Part shown: one piece after another, positions 19,633-28,408 of the stretch
Numbering within the stretch: position 1 is the stretch's first letter
Layout: the number at the start of each line of letters is the position of its first letter
IMG/VR virus record: IMGVR_UViG_3300037962_000587
Coordinates: 1-53,640 of that record
DNA length: 53,640 nt
DNA from: a virus
Lineage: Duplodnaviria; Caudoviricetes
Direction: 5' to 3' (one strand)
Position numbers and translations under genes: made by a program
The notes under the pieces: generated by a model
Told to the model about the DNA's origin: nothing
The model's database searches: none
Seen by the model: the letters and a program-made list of their open reading frames with translations, nothing else

Positions 19633-20290
19633 TTGCAAATGCCTTATCTAAGCTCAAATTTTGGTATACCGCTCTATGTGTTTTCATGAATTTAATCATG
19701 ATATTAGCAGTATCCTTAACATCCTGAAGCGCGTCATGCGCATTCTCCTTACTCATCCCCATCCTGTCACGAAGAGAATCCATGCTAATAGATCTGATAG
19801 ATGGGTCTCCCTCAGTCCACATGAATACATTATCCATAACATCTATTTTGAAGATAGGGTTAAACAGCTTTTGCTGACACCTGTCGTTATCATAAGGTCC
19901 GTACTCTTTACATAACCTGTTGATGATAACCATATCAAACCCAATGATATTAAACCCAGCAGGGATTGGGGCAAACCATGAGGTTCCCTTCCAGTTATGC
20001 TGCTCAACAAACTGCACAAACTTCTTCCACACAGACCTTATGGTAGGAGCTTTTTTCAGAGCCTCTCTGGTCTTGCCTGTGATGCGAAGAGCCTCGTCTT
20101 CAACAGGGTCTACCCCCGCTTCAATCGCCTTCTTCTCACTGAGAATTGGTCTAATCTCGCTGTTGAACGTACCCTTTAGGCGCAAGTTCCTGCCGTCTAA
20201 GGCTATGGCGGCTAGCTGGGTTGGTTGGGTTTTGTGTGGGTTTCTAGAACCGGTTTCAAAGTCAAATACAATTATGTCTTTATTAGACAT
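19613..20290 (-). CDS. dnaQ: DEDDh 3'-5' exonuclease (DnaQ/epsilon-like)
   Basis: ExoI VFDFETG, ExoII GFNIIGFD and ExoIII AHDALQDV; AGGAG RBS. Confidence 0.9.
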   Translation of the reverse strand: MSNKDIIVFDFETGSRNPHKTQPTQLAAIALDGRNLRLKGTFNSEIRPILSEKKAIEAGVDPVEDEALRITGKTREALKKAPTIRSVWKKFVQFVEQHNWKGTSWFAPIPAGFNIIGFDMVIINRLCKEYGPYDNDRCQQKLFNPIFKIDVMDNVFMWTEGDPSIRSISMDSLRDRMGMSKENAHDALQDVKDTANIMIKFMKTHRAVYQNLSLDKAFANGNSYI

Positions 20291-20316
20291 TTCAAAGTCT
20301 CCTGTTAGTTACAAAA

Positions 20317-21960
20317 TTAGGTTTGGTTTATGAGATCCTTAACTTTCATGATCTTATCGAGAAGGTTGATACCAAGAACGTCGAATTTAACGTGGCCCAA
20401 GCTTTCTAGATCAGACATTTCCAGACCCGCTAATTTTTCATCCTTGTTCCTTTGTTTAACCATGGGGCATACCAACTTAAGCTTGTCTCTGGAAATAACT
20501 ACGCCTGCTGGATGCTTACCCTGCGACTTGAAGGTTCCCTCCATTCTGATTGCTTGGTCAAAGAACTCTGCATAGTCTCCATCTAGGTCTCCGTTGTCGT
20601 TTATGAAACAGAAATCTCTGAGTTCTTCTGGGTTGTTGATTAGTGCCCAACGAATGATAGATCTATCTTCTTCATCCATCTCTTGCAGTTGGTCTGAGAT
20701 GTCTGCCTCGTTGGGGAGGCTCTTGGTGATCTCGTTCATCTCTCCAAATGAGCATGCCTCGTTTATTCTAAGAACTTCCTTCAGCGCGCTACGCCCCTGT
20801 AGTCTTCCAAAGGTAATCATTTGACTAACATTCTCATGTCCGTACTTGTCTTTTAGGTAATCTATGATTTCGTCTCTCTTCTTTCCGGGTACGTCTATGT
20901 CAATGTCGGGAAGCGAGATATGACCTTCTGTATTTCTTCCGCTGTTGTAGAACCTTTCAAATAGAAGATCGTATTCGATGGGATCAATCTTAGTGATCCC
21001 CATTAGATAAGATATTAGACATCCGGCTGCTGACCCTCTACCCGGACCAGAAAGCCATCCCTCGCTGTTTACGAAGCGTATTATATCCCACACAATAAGA
21101 AAGTATCCGAAGAGGTTGGCATCTTTAATGACACCTAGTTCTTCACGAAACCTTTCAGCGTAGTGAGCTTCGGATTCCTCAGAGTCTAACTTGCCAGAGT
21201 CAAGCAAGTCCCGTTTCCAACCCTCTCGGCAAAGACTCTTCAGTAGATCTTCCTCGGTTTCGCCTGTAGGTATTGGAAACTCCGGCAGCATAGGTTTACT
21301 GAGTATATCATACTCTTCACATTTCTCAACTATTTCTATGACGGAATTTATCTGTTCATCTGAACATTCGTCTAATAGTATTTCTGTCACCTCACGTCTA
21401 TCCGGCAAGTGAAAAGTTTCATGACCGAAGAACTTCTCGAATGCTGGGTCGAAATCGCCAGACTTCAGGCTTTTCTTCGCCTTTGGGAGGGTTGTCTTCA
21501 GGTGTGAACACAGTAGCACTCTATGCAGAGGAGCATCCCCTTTGTCGCAGTAGTAAGTTGGACTTAGTGCTGGGGATGTAACATAGGAGTCTTTGCCTAG
21601 AATGGGGTAATACTTATCCGCTATGCAGATAAGATTTCCCTCTTGAAAGACTTTGTAAGAAAGCTCTGATGGGATGTTGCCATCTTCATCAAGCAGTGAC
21701 ACTATCTCGATTAAGTTCAGCCAGCCGTCTTTATTCTTGGCAATCAATGTATAGTTGTCAAAGGAACAACCAATAATCGGCTTGATATTGTGCTTCTTGC
21801 AGGCCTGATAGAAAGACACTGCTCCTGAGATAGATTTATAATCGGCTATACCGCAAGCCTTGTACCCGTTTTCTGAGCACTTCTTTGCGAGCTGTTCTGG
21901 TTTAGAGAAACCTTTTAGTAAACTATAATGCGTATAGTTATGAATGGGGGACCATTCCAT
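20317..21960 (-). CDS. dnaE: DNA polymerase III alpha subunit, N-terminal half (degenerate PHP, palm, thumb)
   Basis: YSLLxG, IKPIIG, GPGRGSAAG, LLFERF, PDIDID, HPAGVVIS and KFDVLG motifs; ATG 21960 (or TTG 21981). Confidence 0.92.
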   Translation of the reverse strand: MEWSPIHNYTHYSLLKGFSKPEQLAKKCSENGYKACGIADYKSISGAVSFYQACKKHNIKPIIGCSFDNYTLIAKNKDGWLNLIEIVSLLDEDGNIPSELSYKVFQEGNLICIADKYYPILGKDSYVTSPALSPTYYCDKGDAPLHRVLLCSHLKTTLPKAKKSLKSGDFDPAFEKFFGHETFHLPDRREVTEILLDECSDEQINSVIEIVEKCEEYDILSKPMLPEFPIPTGETEEDLLKSLCREGWKRDLLDSGKLDSEESEAHYAERFREELGVIKDANLFGYFLIVWDIIRFVNSEGWLSGPGRGSAAGCLISYLMGITKIDPIEYDLLFERFYNSGRNTEGHISLPDIDIDVPGKKRDEIIDYLKDKYGHENVSQMITFGRLQGRSALKEVLRINEACSFGEMNEITKSLPNEADISDQLQEMDEEDRSIIRWALINNPEELRDFCFINDNGDLDGDYAEFFDQAIRMEGTFKSQGKHPAGVVISRDKLKLVCPMVKQRNKDEKLAGLEMSDLESLGHVKFDVLGINLLDKIMKVKDLINQT

Positions 21961-22000
21961 TTGCAACTTTTCCTTTTTCAAATCATTTTGTCCTCACTCT

Positions 22001-22009
22001 ATTATAGCA
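22001..22009 (-). promoter_or_regulatory. Extended -10 promoter element TGCTATAAT upstream of dnaE-N
   Basis: Exact TGnTATAAT in an intergenic gap, followed by GAGGA. Confidence 0.55.
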
Positions 22010-22031
22010 AGTGACGACGTTCAAAGCACTT

Positions 22032-22352
22032 TTATTTTGCGAGAGTTACGCTTTCTCTCTGAGTTTCTGACTCTCTGCGTTTGTTTGCTCGGCACCCTTC
22101 GCACATTTCTATGTGATTCCCTGCGTGCATACCATGTATGTGCTCAAGACCAAGAACTCTTTCCATTAGAATGGTTCTCTCCTGATGCCCCTGAAAGTGC
22201 ATGGCATTAAGTTGTGACATGATGCCCATCTCTACATCTGAAGGGTCTTCTGTCTGGTGCCTGATGTGATCAATTGTGCGCAAGTTCAGTCCTATATTTG
22301 TACCAAGAGCAGCAAGGACGATAATTGCAAACCATGTTTTTACTGATTTCAT
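22032..22352 (-). CDS. Membrane-anchored/secreted His-Cys-rich hypothetical protein
   Basis: Hydrophobic N-terminus; EHIHGMHAGNHIEMCEGC. Confidence 0.6.
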   Translation of the reverse strand: MKSVKTWFAIIVLAALGTNIGLNLRTIDHIRHQTEDPSDVEMGIMSQLNAMHFQGHQERTILMERVLGLEHIHGMHAGNHIEMCEGCRANKRRESETQRESVTLAK

Positions 22353-22365
22353 GGCTATTTCTCCA

Positions 22366-23577
22366 TTAGAATAATTGGTTGATTACACGTCCTGAGTTTG
22401 CTATCCTCATTGGTCTTCCGTTATTGCTTGTGAATGTAGTGTTCAGGGATATACCTAAGCATTGACATACAGAAGCCATAATGTCCTGTGAATTATACGG
22501 GTGAGTCTCTACTGTTGTTCCATTCTTGTCAGTCTCACCTATTGCTAAGCCGCCATTGATGCCCCCACCGCCCAGAGCCACGCTCCAGCTTCTTGCCCAG
22601 TGGTCTCTACCGGTATTCTGGTTGATTCTGGGGGTTCTACTAAACTCCCCCATCCATAGAACAACTGTATCTTCTAGCATGCCCCTCTGTTCTAAATCTT
22701 CAAACAAAGCGCTCATGGCTCTGTCCAGTATAGGGAGCTTGTTATCACGTAGTGTACTGAAAATATTCTGGTGATTATCCCAGCCGCCAAAGCCAACCTC
22801 TATAAATGGAACTCCAGCCTCTACAAGTCTCCTAGCCATTAGACAACCCTTACCAAAGCTGTTGTCTCCGTACCTTTCAAGAACTTCGCTAGGCTCCTGA
22901 GAAACTTTTAGAGCGTCCATCTGTTGACTGGTAAGTACATCAAACGCTTTCCTCAATACCTTCTGATGCTCTTTTGGTAGAGACCCTCTATTGGAATTGA
23001 TGAAATTATTTTCTATGAGGTCTAGAGTGTACATCCTTTGGTAGAATCTTTCGTCTACTTTTATATCTAGATTTCTGACCCTACCATCACTGTTTACAAC
23101 AAAGGGGGAATATTGAGAACCCAAGAACCCAGCTCCAACGCTAGCTCCGTTCACTGAAATGAACTGAGGAATCTTAAGGTCGTCTCTCTGAATCTGTTTA
23201 GATATTACTGACCCATAGCTTGGGTGTTCTATGCGTGGATTGGGAACGTAACCTGTATGCATGTAATATCTACCACGCATGTGGTCAGCTTCGCGTGTAC
23301 TCATGCTTCTAACTACAGATACATTATGCATCTGCTTGGCCATCATAGGCATGTGTTCGCATATCTGCAAATCGCCAGTGGTGGATATGGGCCTGAAAGG
23401 ACCGCCGGTTGTTGCTCCGGGCTTTAAGTCCCAGATGTCCATAGTAGAAGGACCACCGCCCATCCATAGCAGGATGGCAGACTTCCTCTTCTTTTTAATC
23501 TCCTCAGACCTAGCTTCCAGTATGTCCACAAAGGGAAGCGAGGCAAGTCCTGAAACAAATCCACGTCTAGAAATCAT
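22366..23577 (-). CDS. DUF1501 family protein with twin-arginine signal (copy 4)
   Basis: SRRGFV, LLWMGGGPSTMDIWDLKP, ARRLVEAGV, GGWDNH and GEFSRTPRIN...GRDHW. Confidence 0.9.
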   Translation of the reverse strand: MISRRGFVSGLASLPFVDILEARSEEIKKKRKSAILLWMGGGPSTMDIWDLKPGATTGGPFRPISTTGDLQICEHMPMMAKQMHNVSVVRSMSTREADHMRGRYYMHTGYVPNPRIEHPSYGSVISKQIQRDDLKIPQFISVNGASVGAGFLGSQYSPFVVNSDGRVRNLDIKVDERFYQRMYTLDLIENNFINSNRGSLPKEHQKVLRKAFDVLTSQQMDALKVSQEPSEVLERYGDNSFGKGCLMARRLVEAGVPFIEVGFGGWDNHQNIFSTLRDNKLPILDRAMSALFEDLEQRGMLEDTVVLWMGEFSRTPRINQNTGRDHWARSWSVALGGGGINGGLAIGETDKNGTTVETHPYNSQDIMASVCQCLGISLNTTFTSNNGRPMRIANSGRVINQLF

Positions 23578-23942
23578 GCTTCGTCAGCCCTACCTTTATA
23601 AACTAGAGAAACCCCGTCCTTCTTGTAGTTGCCCATTCTGCGGTAGGTAAAAACCTCACCAGTTCTAGGGTTTTCGTATTTGAATGCAGCTTCTGCACTA
23701 TGCTCTTCGTACCAATCTTGAAATTCTTTCATGTCTTTACCCGGCATATATAGAGTCACACCGTCGCCACTCTTGTGGGAGTGACTGCCGGAAAGACCAA
23801 TTTTTTTAGCCATCTTCTCGGCTTCTTCCTTTGATGTGAATACATAGTCCTCCATTGAGCCAGCTTCGTGTGACTTACTCTTATGTTTTTGGACATGATC
23901 CTCTATAGCATCAAGGTATTTTTGCTTTTTGTTAGGTCTCAT
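23574..23942 (-). CDS. Small modular phage protein (DUF3721-like module)
   Basis: FTSKEEAEKMAKKIGLSGSHSH...YMPG resembles the EAE..A..IGC.G.H...MPC module. Confidence 0.5.
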   Translation of the reverse strand: MRPNKKQKYLDAIEDHVQKHKSKSHEAGSMEDYVFTSKEEAEKMAKKIGLSGSHSHKSGDGVTLYMPGKDMKEFQDWYEEHSAEAAFKYENPRTGEVFTYRRMGNYKKDGVSLVYKGRADEA

Positions 23943-23972
23943 TGGTGTTGTAACCTTCCTGCTGTTATATTT

Positions 23973-25259
23973 TTAACTGACAAGTTCCTTGATTGGCTCT
24001 CTGTGATCCAATAGGTACTGAGGCCTTCCGGTTCTGTCTAATAAAGTGGTTGACATTGTGTCAATACCAAGGGCGCGATACATTGTGGAACACACTTCTT
24101 GGATATGTACAGGTCTTGATTCTGGAACTTCACCAAGCCTGTTTGTTTCTCCAATGACTTGCCCGTGTTTAAATCCTCCTCCGGCGAGAAGGGCGCATGA
24201 TACTTGAGGCCAGTGGTCTCGTCCACCGCCCTTGTTGATCTTAGGTGTTCTTCCAAACTCTCCCCAAACAACAACCAGTGTGTCGTCTAACATTCCACGG
24301 TTGTCAAGATCTGTTACTAGGGCTGAAACGCATTGGTCTAGCTTTGCACCATGATCTCTTACGAGGTCGAAGTTTGATCCGTGGCTATCCCAGCGACCAT
24401 AAGATAACGTAACAGACCTAGCGCCAGCTTCAACAAGCCTGCGGGCCATGAGGACATGCTCATTAACAGTGGGTGCGCCGTCATACTGAAATTTAAAAGG
24501 CTTTCCATCGCCATACATTTCCCTTATCTTTGAGCTTTCTTTGGAGATATCTAAGGCATCAACTAAAGCGCTTGATGTTAATACCCCAAAAGCTTCTTCT
24601 GTGAATGTATCGGCAGCTATTGACTTATCTATAGCTTCCCTTACTCCAGAAAAACCGGCGAGTAAATCTTTGCGGCTTCTAAATCTATCTACGTCAAGGT
24701 TAAGCTTGAGATCTTTCATCATTTCGCCGTTGGGCTTGAAGGGTTTGTGAGTTTCCCCTAAGTATCCAGCTCCTCCAGCTTCAGACCAAGGTCCGTGCTG
24801 AGTCTTGTCTGCTAAGCCAACAGCTACTGGCACAGCGGGATCAACTGGGCCTAAAATTTTAGATGCACATGCCCCAATAGCCGGATAGCTTGTACCAGAA
24901 ACCATCTCTTTTCTGCTCCAGCCAGTAACACATTGGTGTCCATCATGACTACCATCAGATCCAACTATAGATCTAATGGCTGTAAACTTATCAAACATAG
25001 ACGCAATCTTAGGAAAGCATTCTCCTATCTGAATCCCGTTTACGGCGGTTGAGATTGGCTTGAAAGGCCCTCTTATCTCTGATGGAGCTTTTGTTTTAAT
25101 ATCCCACATGTCTTGATGTGGTGGGCCTCCACCTAGAAAGATGTTAATCACGGCTTTGTGTGATGTTCCCAGTCTATCTTGCGCATACATAAGTTGAGGC
25201 ATTGATAACATGCCAAGACCACCAACTGTCAAAAAGCTTCTTCGGGACAAGGTTAGCAT
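23973..25259 (-). CDS. DUF1501 family protein with twin-arginine signal (copy 3)
   Basis: LSRRSFL, FLGGGPPHQDMWDIK, IRGPFKPIST, ARRLVEAG, WDSH and GEFGRTPKIN...GRDHWP. Confidence 0.9.
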   Translation of the reverse strand: MLTLSRRSFLTVGGLGMLSMPQLMYAQDRLGTSHKAVINIFLGGGPPHQDMWDIKTKAPSEIRGPFKPISTAVNGIQIGECFPKIASMFDKFTAIRSIVGSDGSHDGHQCVTGWSRKEMVSGTSYPAIGACASKILGPVDPAVPVAVGLADKTQHGPWSEAGGAGYLGETHKPFKPNGEMMKDLKLNLDVDRFRSRKDLLAGFSGVREAIDKSIAADTFTEEAFGVLTSSALVDALDISKESSKIREMYGDGKPFKFQYDGAPTVNEHVLMARRLVEAGARSVTLSYGRWDSHGSNFDLVRDHGAKLDQCVSALVTDLDNRGMLDDTLVVVWGEFGRTPKINKGGGRDHWPQVSCALLAGGGFKHGQVIGETNRLGEVPESRPVHIQEVCSTMYRALGIDTMSTTLLDRTGRPQYLLDHREPIKELVS

Positions 25260-25272
25260 GGTTATATTCCTT

Positions 25273-26574
25273 TTATATAATTAAATCTTCTATGACTTTT
25301 CCACCGTCCACAATCTCTATCGGTCTGTCACCGGGAGCCATTAACTCCTTGTCGGAAACTATACCAAGTCTGTCGTAAATGGTAGATGCCCAGTCTTCTA
25401 TGTTGACTGGGTTTTCTTCTGGCTCACTAGCGGTTGCGTTGGATGTACCGTATGTCATCCCGCCTTTAATTCCACCGCCAGCAATAATTGTGCTGAATAC
25501 TTTAGGCCAATGGTCTCTGCCAGCATTGGCGTTGATCTTTGGAGTTCGTCCAAACTCAGAAACAACACATACTAATGTGGAGTCAAGCATACCTCTATCG
25601 CTTAAGTCCTCTATAAGTGTCGAGAAACCCTTGTCAAAAGCTGGCAACTGGCTCCTCATGCTTCCTGCTATATTGTTGTGCATGTCCCAGCCACCATACG
25701 TTAAGGTTACAAATCTAGTGCCAGCCTCTACTAATCTTCTTGCTAGTATCATTCTGGCTCCAGCGGTATTTCTTCCGTACTTGTCTCGCAACTGATCTGG
25801 TTCTTTATTGAGATCAAACGCCTCACTAGCTTTGACATCACCTATCAGGCTGTACGCTCTTTGGTAGAATGAGTTGACCGCATCAATAGAGTCTGCGGAT
25901 TGCTTAGAGTTAAAGTCTGTATTAACTATATCAAGAACTCTTTGCCTACGGCTGAATCTCGGGGCAGGCACTGGAGTCTTTAAATCACGGACTTGGAAAT
26001 TTGAGCTAGCTGGATCAGAGCCTAAACCGAAACCTGCGTAAGAGCTACTTAGGTAGCCTGTGCCAGCATATTCGTTTGGCTGATTAGGTATGCATACATA
26101 CGGTGGAAGGTTATGCCTAGGCCCGAACTCATGTGAGACAACGGAACCCATAGATGGGTACTGAAGTGCTGGGCTGGGGCGATAACCCGTGAACATGTTG
26201 TGTGTTCCACGCTCATGAGCAGCTTCTCCATGAGTCATGCTGCGGATAATTGATATCTTATCAGCAACCTTAGATGTATTAACAAGCAGCTCGCCAAGCC
26301 TAGTGCCGGGAACGTTAGTTTCAATACTACCTAAAGGTCCACGATACTCAAGGGGCGCAAACGGTTTTGGGTCTAGCGTCTCTTGGTGAGCCATTCCTCC
26401 GGGCAAGTATATAAAGATTACACTCTTGGCTGGCCCCTCCTTGCTTTCGTAAAACTTTTGGTCAGCCTGAGCTTGCTCCATACGGAAGTAATCCGATAGA
26501 GTCAAGCCTAAGCCGCCTAGAAATCCAACGTTCAGAAAAGATCTGCGCCCAATATTATTTCCTTTACAATTCAT
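25273..26574 (-). CDS. DUF1501 family protein with twin-arginine signal (copy 2)
   Basis: GRRSFL...AQA, YLPGGMAHQETLDPKP, ARRLVEAG, GGWDMH and SEFGRTPKIN...GRDHWP; start at ATG 26574 after GAGG. Confidence 0.9.
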   Translation of the reverse strand: MNCKGNNIGRRSFLNVGFLGGLGLTLSDYFRMEQAQADQKFYESKEGPAKSVIFIYLPGGMAHQETLDPKPFAPLEYRGPLGSIETNVPGTRLGELLVNTSKVADKISIIRSMTHGEAAHERGTHNMFTGYRPSPALQYPSMGSVVSHEFGPRHNLPPYVCIPNQPNEYAGTGYLSSSYAGFGLGSDPASSNFQVRDLKTPVPAPRFSRRQRVLDIVNTDFNSKQSADSIDAVNSFYQRAYSLIGDVKASEAFDLNKEPDQLRDKYGRNTAGARMILARRLVEAGTRFVTLTYGGWDMHNNIAGSMRSQLPAFDKGFSTLIEDLSDRGMLDSTLVCVVSEFGRTPKINANAGRDHWPKVFSTIIAGGGIKGGMTYGTSNATASEPEENPVNIEDWASTIYDRLGIVSDKELMAPGDRPIEIVDGGKVIEDLII

Positions 26575-26585
26575 GATCTTCCTCT

Positions 26586-27128
26586 TTACCATTTTTTGCA
26601 AGACCAGTATCGAGCTTTCCATTTTGGTCCCGGAGTGTCACATCTGTGCCTAGCTCTGAAACTTTTACGTCTAGCAGGATCGTCTCTTTTAATTTCCATG
26701 TTAGGGTCGCCAAAGTTTACCTTGACTACATTACCCTTTTCATTTTTAACATAAACAGAAAACTTCTTTGGGCCATCAGGAGTCCTAAAAGGCTTATTAA
26801 GTTTTACTTTTCTACCTTGGTACTCAGAGCCTTTAGATTTATCATCATCTTTAGGTTTTTGAGCTTTCTTCCAAGACTTTGGATCTGGTCGATCAGGATC
26901 TCCCCGTTTAGCGGGCTTGTAATCGTCACCTTCCCTCTCCTTTTTCTTTCTGATGTTTTCCCAAAGTCCCGGCTTTGCTTCCGCAATATCCCAGTCTTCA
27001 GTATCTTCACCAAAATCCTCATAGTCTGCTTCCGCAGGTATTACAAAGTTATCTTCAGTAATTTCTTCTGTGTATCCACCTTCAGCACAAAATTGATTTA
27101 GGTGTTCTACATATTCTTCTTTTCTCAT
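26586..27128 (-). CDS. Modular phage protein with C-terminal DUF6321-like domain
   Basis: Acidic N-terminus, KPGLWENIRKK module, and EYQGRKVKLNKPF...FGDP...RRKSFRARHRC...RYWSC. Confidence 0.65.
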   Translation of the reverse strand: MRKEEYVEHLNQFCAEGGYTEEITEDNFVIPAEADYEDFGEDTEDWDIAEAKPGLWENIRKKKEREGDDYKPAKRGDPDRPDPKSWKKAQKPKDDDKSKGSEYQGRKVKLNKPFRTPDGPKKFSVYVKNEKGNVVKVNFGDPNMEIKRDDPARRKSFRARHRCDTPGPKWKARYWSCKKW

Positions 27129-28378
27129 AGGATTACCTTTCCTTCTCCCTCTAATAGGTATCTAGGCCTTCCGCCTTGATCTGTCCTCTGGATTCCCTTC
27201 GGAATACCGAAGTGATCAAACATCGTGGCCGCTAAATCAATAGGTGCTACCTTAGACTCTGTTGGGTAATAAGCCTTGTCTGATTTGCCGATAACCCTAC
27301 CATGGCTATACTTACCTCCTGATAGTAGCATGGGGGTGATAGATGGCCAATGGTCTCTGCCAGCATTCTGGTTCAGTCTAGTTCTACCAAACTCCCCGGT
27401 TACAACTAGCAAGACCTTTTCAGACAGTCCACTTTGATAGATGTCTTGCACAAATGCTGCAAGAGCTTTGTCGAGTGGTGGAACCCTACCTTCAAGAGCC
27501 TTCTTGATATTTCCGTGCATGTCCCAGCCACCGTAGTGAACTGTTACAAACTTGGTTCCGAATTGAGCCAGCCTTCTAGCCAGTAGCATCTGATCACCAA
27601 TGCCACCCTTGCCATACATTTCACGCATAGATTCTGGCTCTTTGTCTAGGTCAAAAGCTTCTTTAGCATTTCCTAAAATAACGTTATAGGCTTGGTTGCC
27701 AATCTTAGTAAATGAGGAAGCTTGAGCAGAAGCGTTTGGATCAAACAAGTCAAATGCAGCGAGTAAGTCTTTACGCTCCTTGAATCTACCAACTTCAATC
27801 CTAGGCGTGAGGTTATCCTTATTGGACGGATCAAACGGCTTGTGCGCTCCACCTAAAAATGCAGGTTGCTCGCCCTCAATCTTGCCTTGCTTGACATATG
27901 CTGGCATGCCGTTTGTTGGATGGTTGGAGCCAAAAACTGCTGACACAACAGCACCGTGTCCGGGATACTCAGAGTTTGCAGTGTTCTCCCTCTTGGGGTT
28001 ATGATGCCCTGTCATCATCCAGTGAGTTGCTTGGCGATGCGAGGAATCTCCGTGTGAGAAGGAGTTTATTGCAGTGAGGTTGTCCCCTTGCTTGATTAGC
28101 TCTTGAAACAAGCCTCCAAAGGCAAGACCATTAGTATGGGTTACGGGGGAAGTTACCGGCTTGTATGGGTCTGGAACTGATTCAGTTGGGGCGTGGAAGG
28201 TTTCAAACTGTGTCGGGCCACCTCCAAGCCAAACCCATACCACTGACTTGTCGTTGGAGCCAACATTCAAGTCTTCTTCTTGCGAAAAAGCAATGTCGGA
28301 AAAGGGGGTCATTCCTAATCCTGCGCCAATACCACCCACTCTAAGAAAATCTCTTCTGTTGAAACCTAGATCCAGCAT
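27125..28378 (-). CDS. DUF1501 family protein with twin-arginine signal (copy 1)
   Basis: NRRDFL, WLGGGPTQFETF, ARRL, GGWDMH and GEFGRT...GRDHWP; AGGAG RBS. Confidence 0.9.
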   Translation of the reverse strand: MLDLGFNRRDFLRVGGIGAGLGMTPFSDIAFSQEEDLNVGSNDKSVVWVWLGGGPTQFETFHAPTESVPDPYKPVTSPVTHTNGLAFGGLFQELIKQGDNLTAINSFSHGDSSHRQATHWMMTGHHNPKRENTANSEYPGHGAVVSAVFGSNHPTNGMPAYVKQGKIEGEQPAFLGGAHKPFDPSNKDNLTPRIEVGRFKERKDLLAAFDLFDPNASAQASSFTKIGNQAYNVILGNAKEAFDLDKEPESMREMYGKGGIGDQMLLARRLAQFGTKFVTVHYGGWDMHGNIKKALEGRVPPLDKALAAFVQDIYQSGLSEKVLLVVTGEFGRTRLNQNAGRDHWPSITPMLLSGGKYSHGRVIGKSDKAYYPTESKVAPIDLAATMFDHFGIPKGIQRTDQGGRPRYLLEGEGKVIL

Positions 28379-28408
28379 GTCAGACTCCTAATACTATACT
28401 AATTTTTA

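Noticed and set aside
19600-20340. Split intein or intron joining the two dnaE halves
   Set aside because: No intein terminal motifs, no homing endonuclease and no non-coding space for a structured intron; the insert is a normal DEDDh gene with its own RBS.
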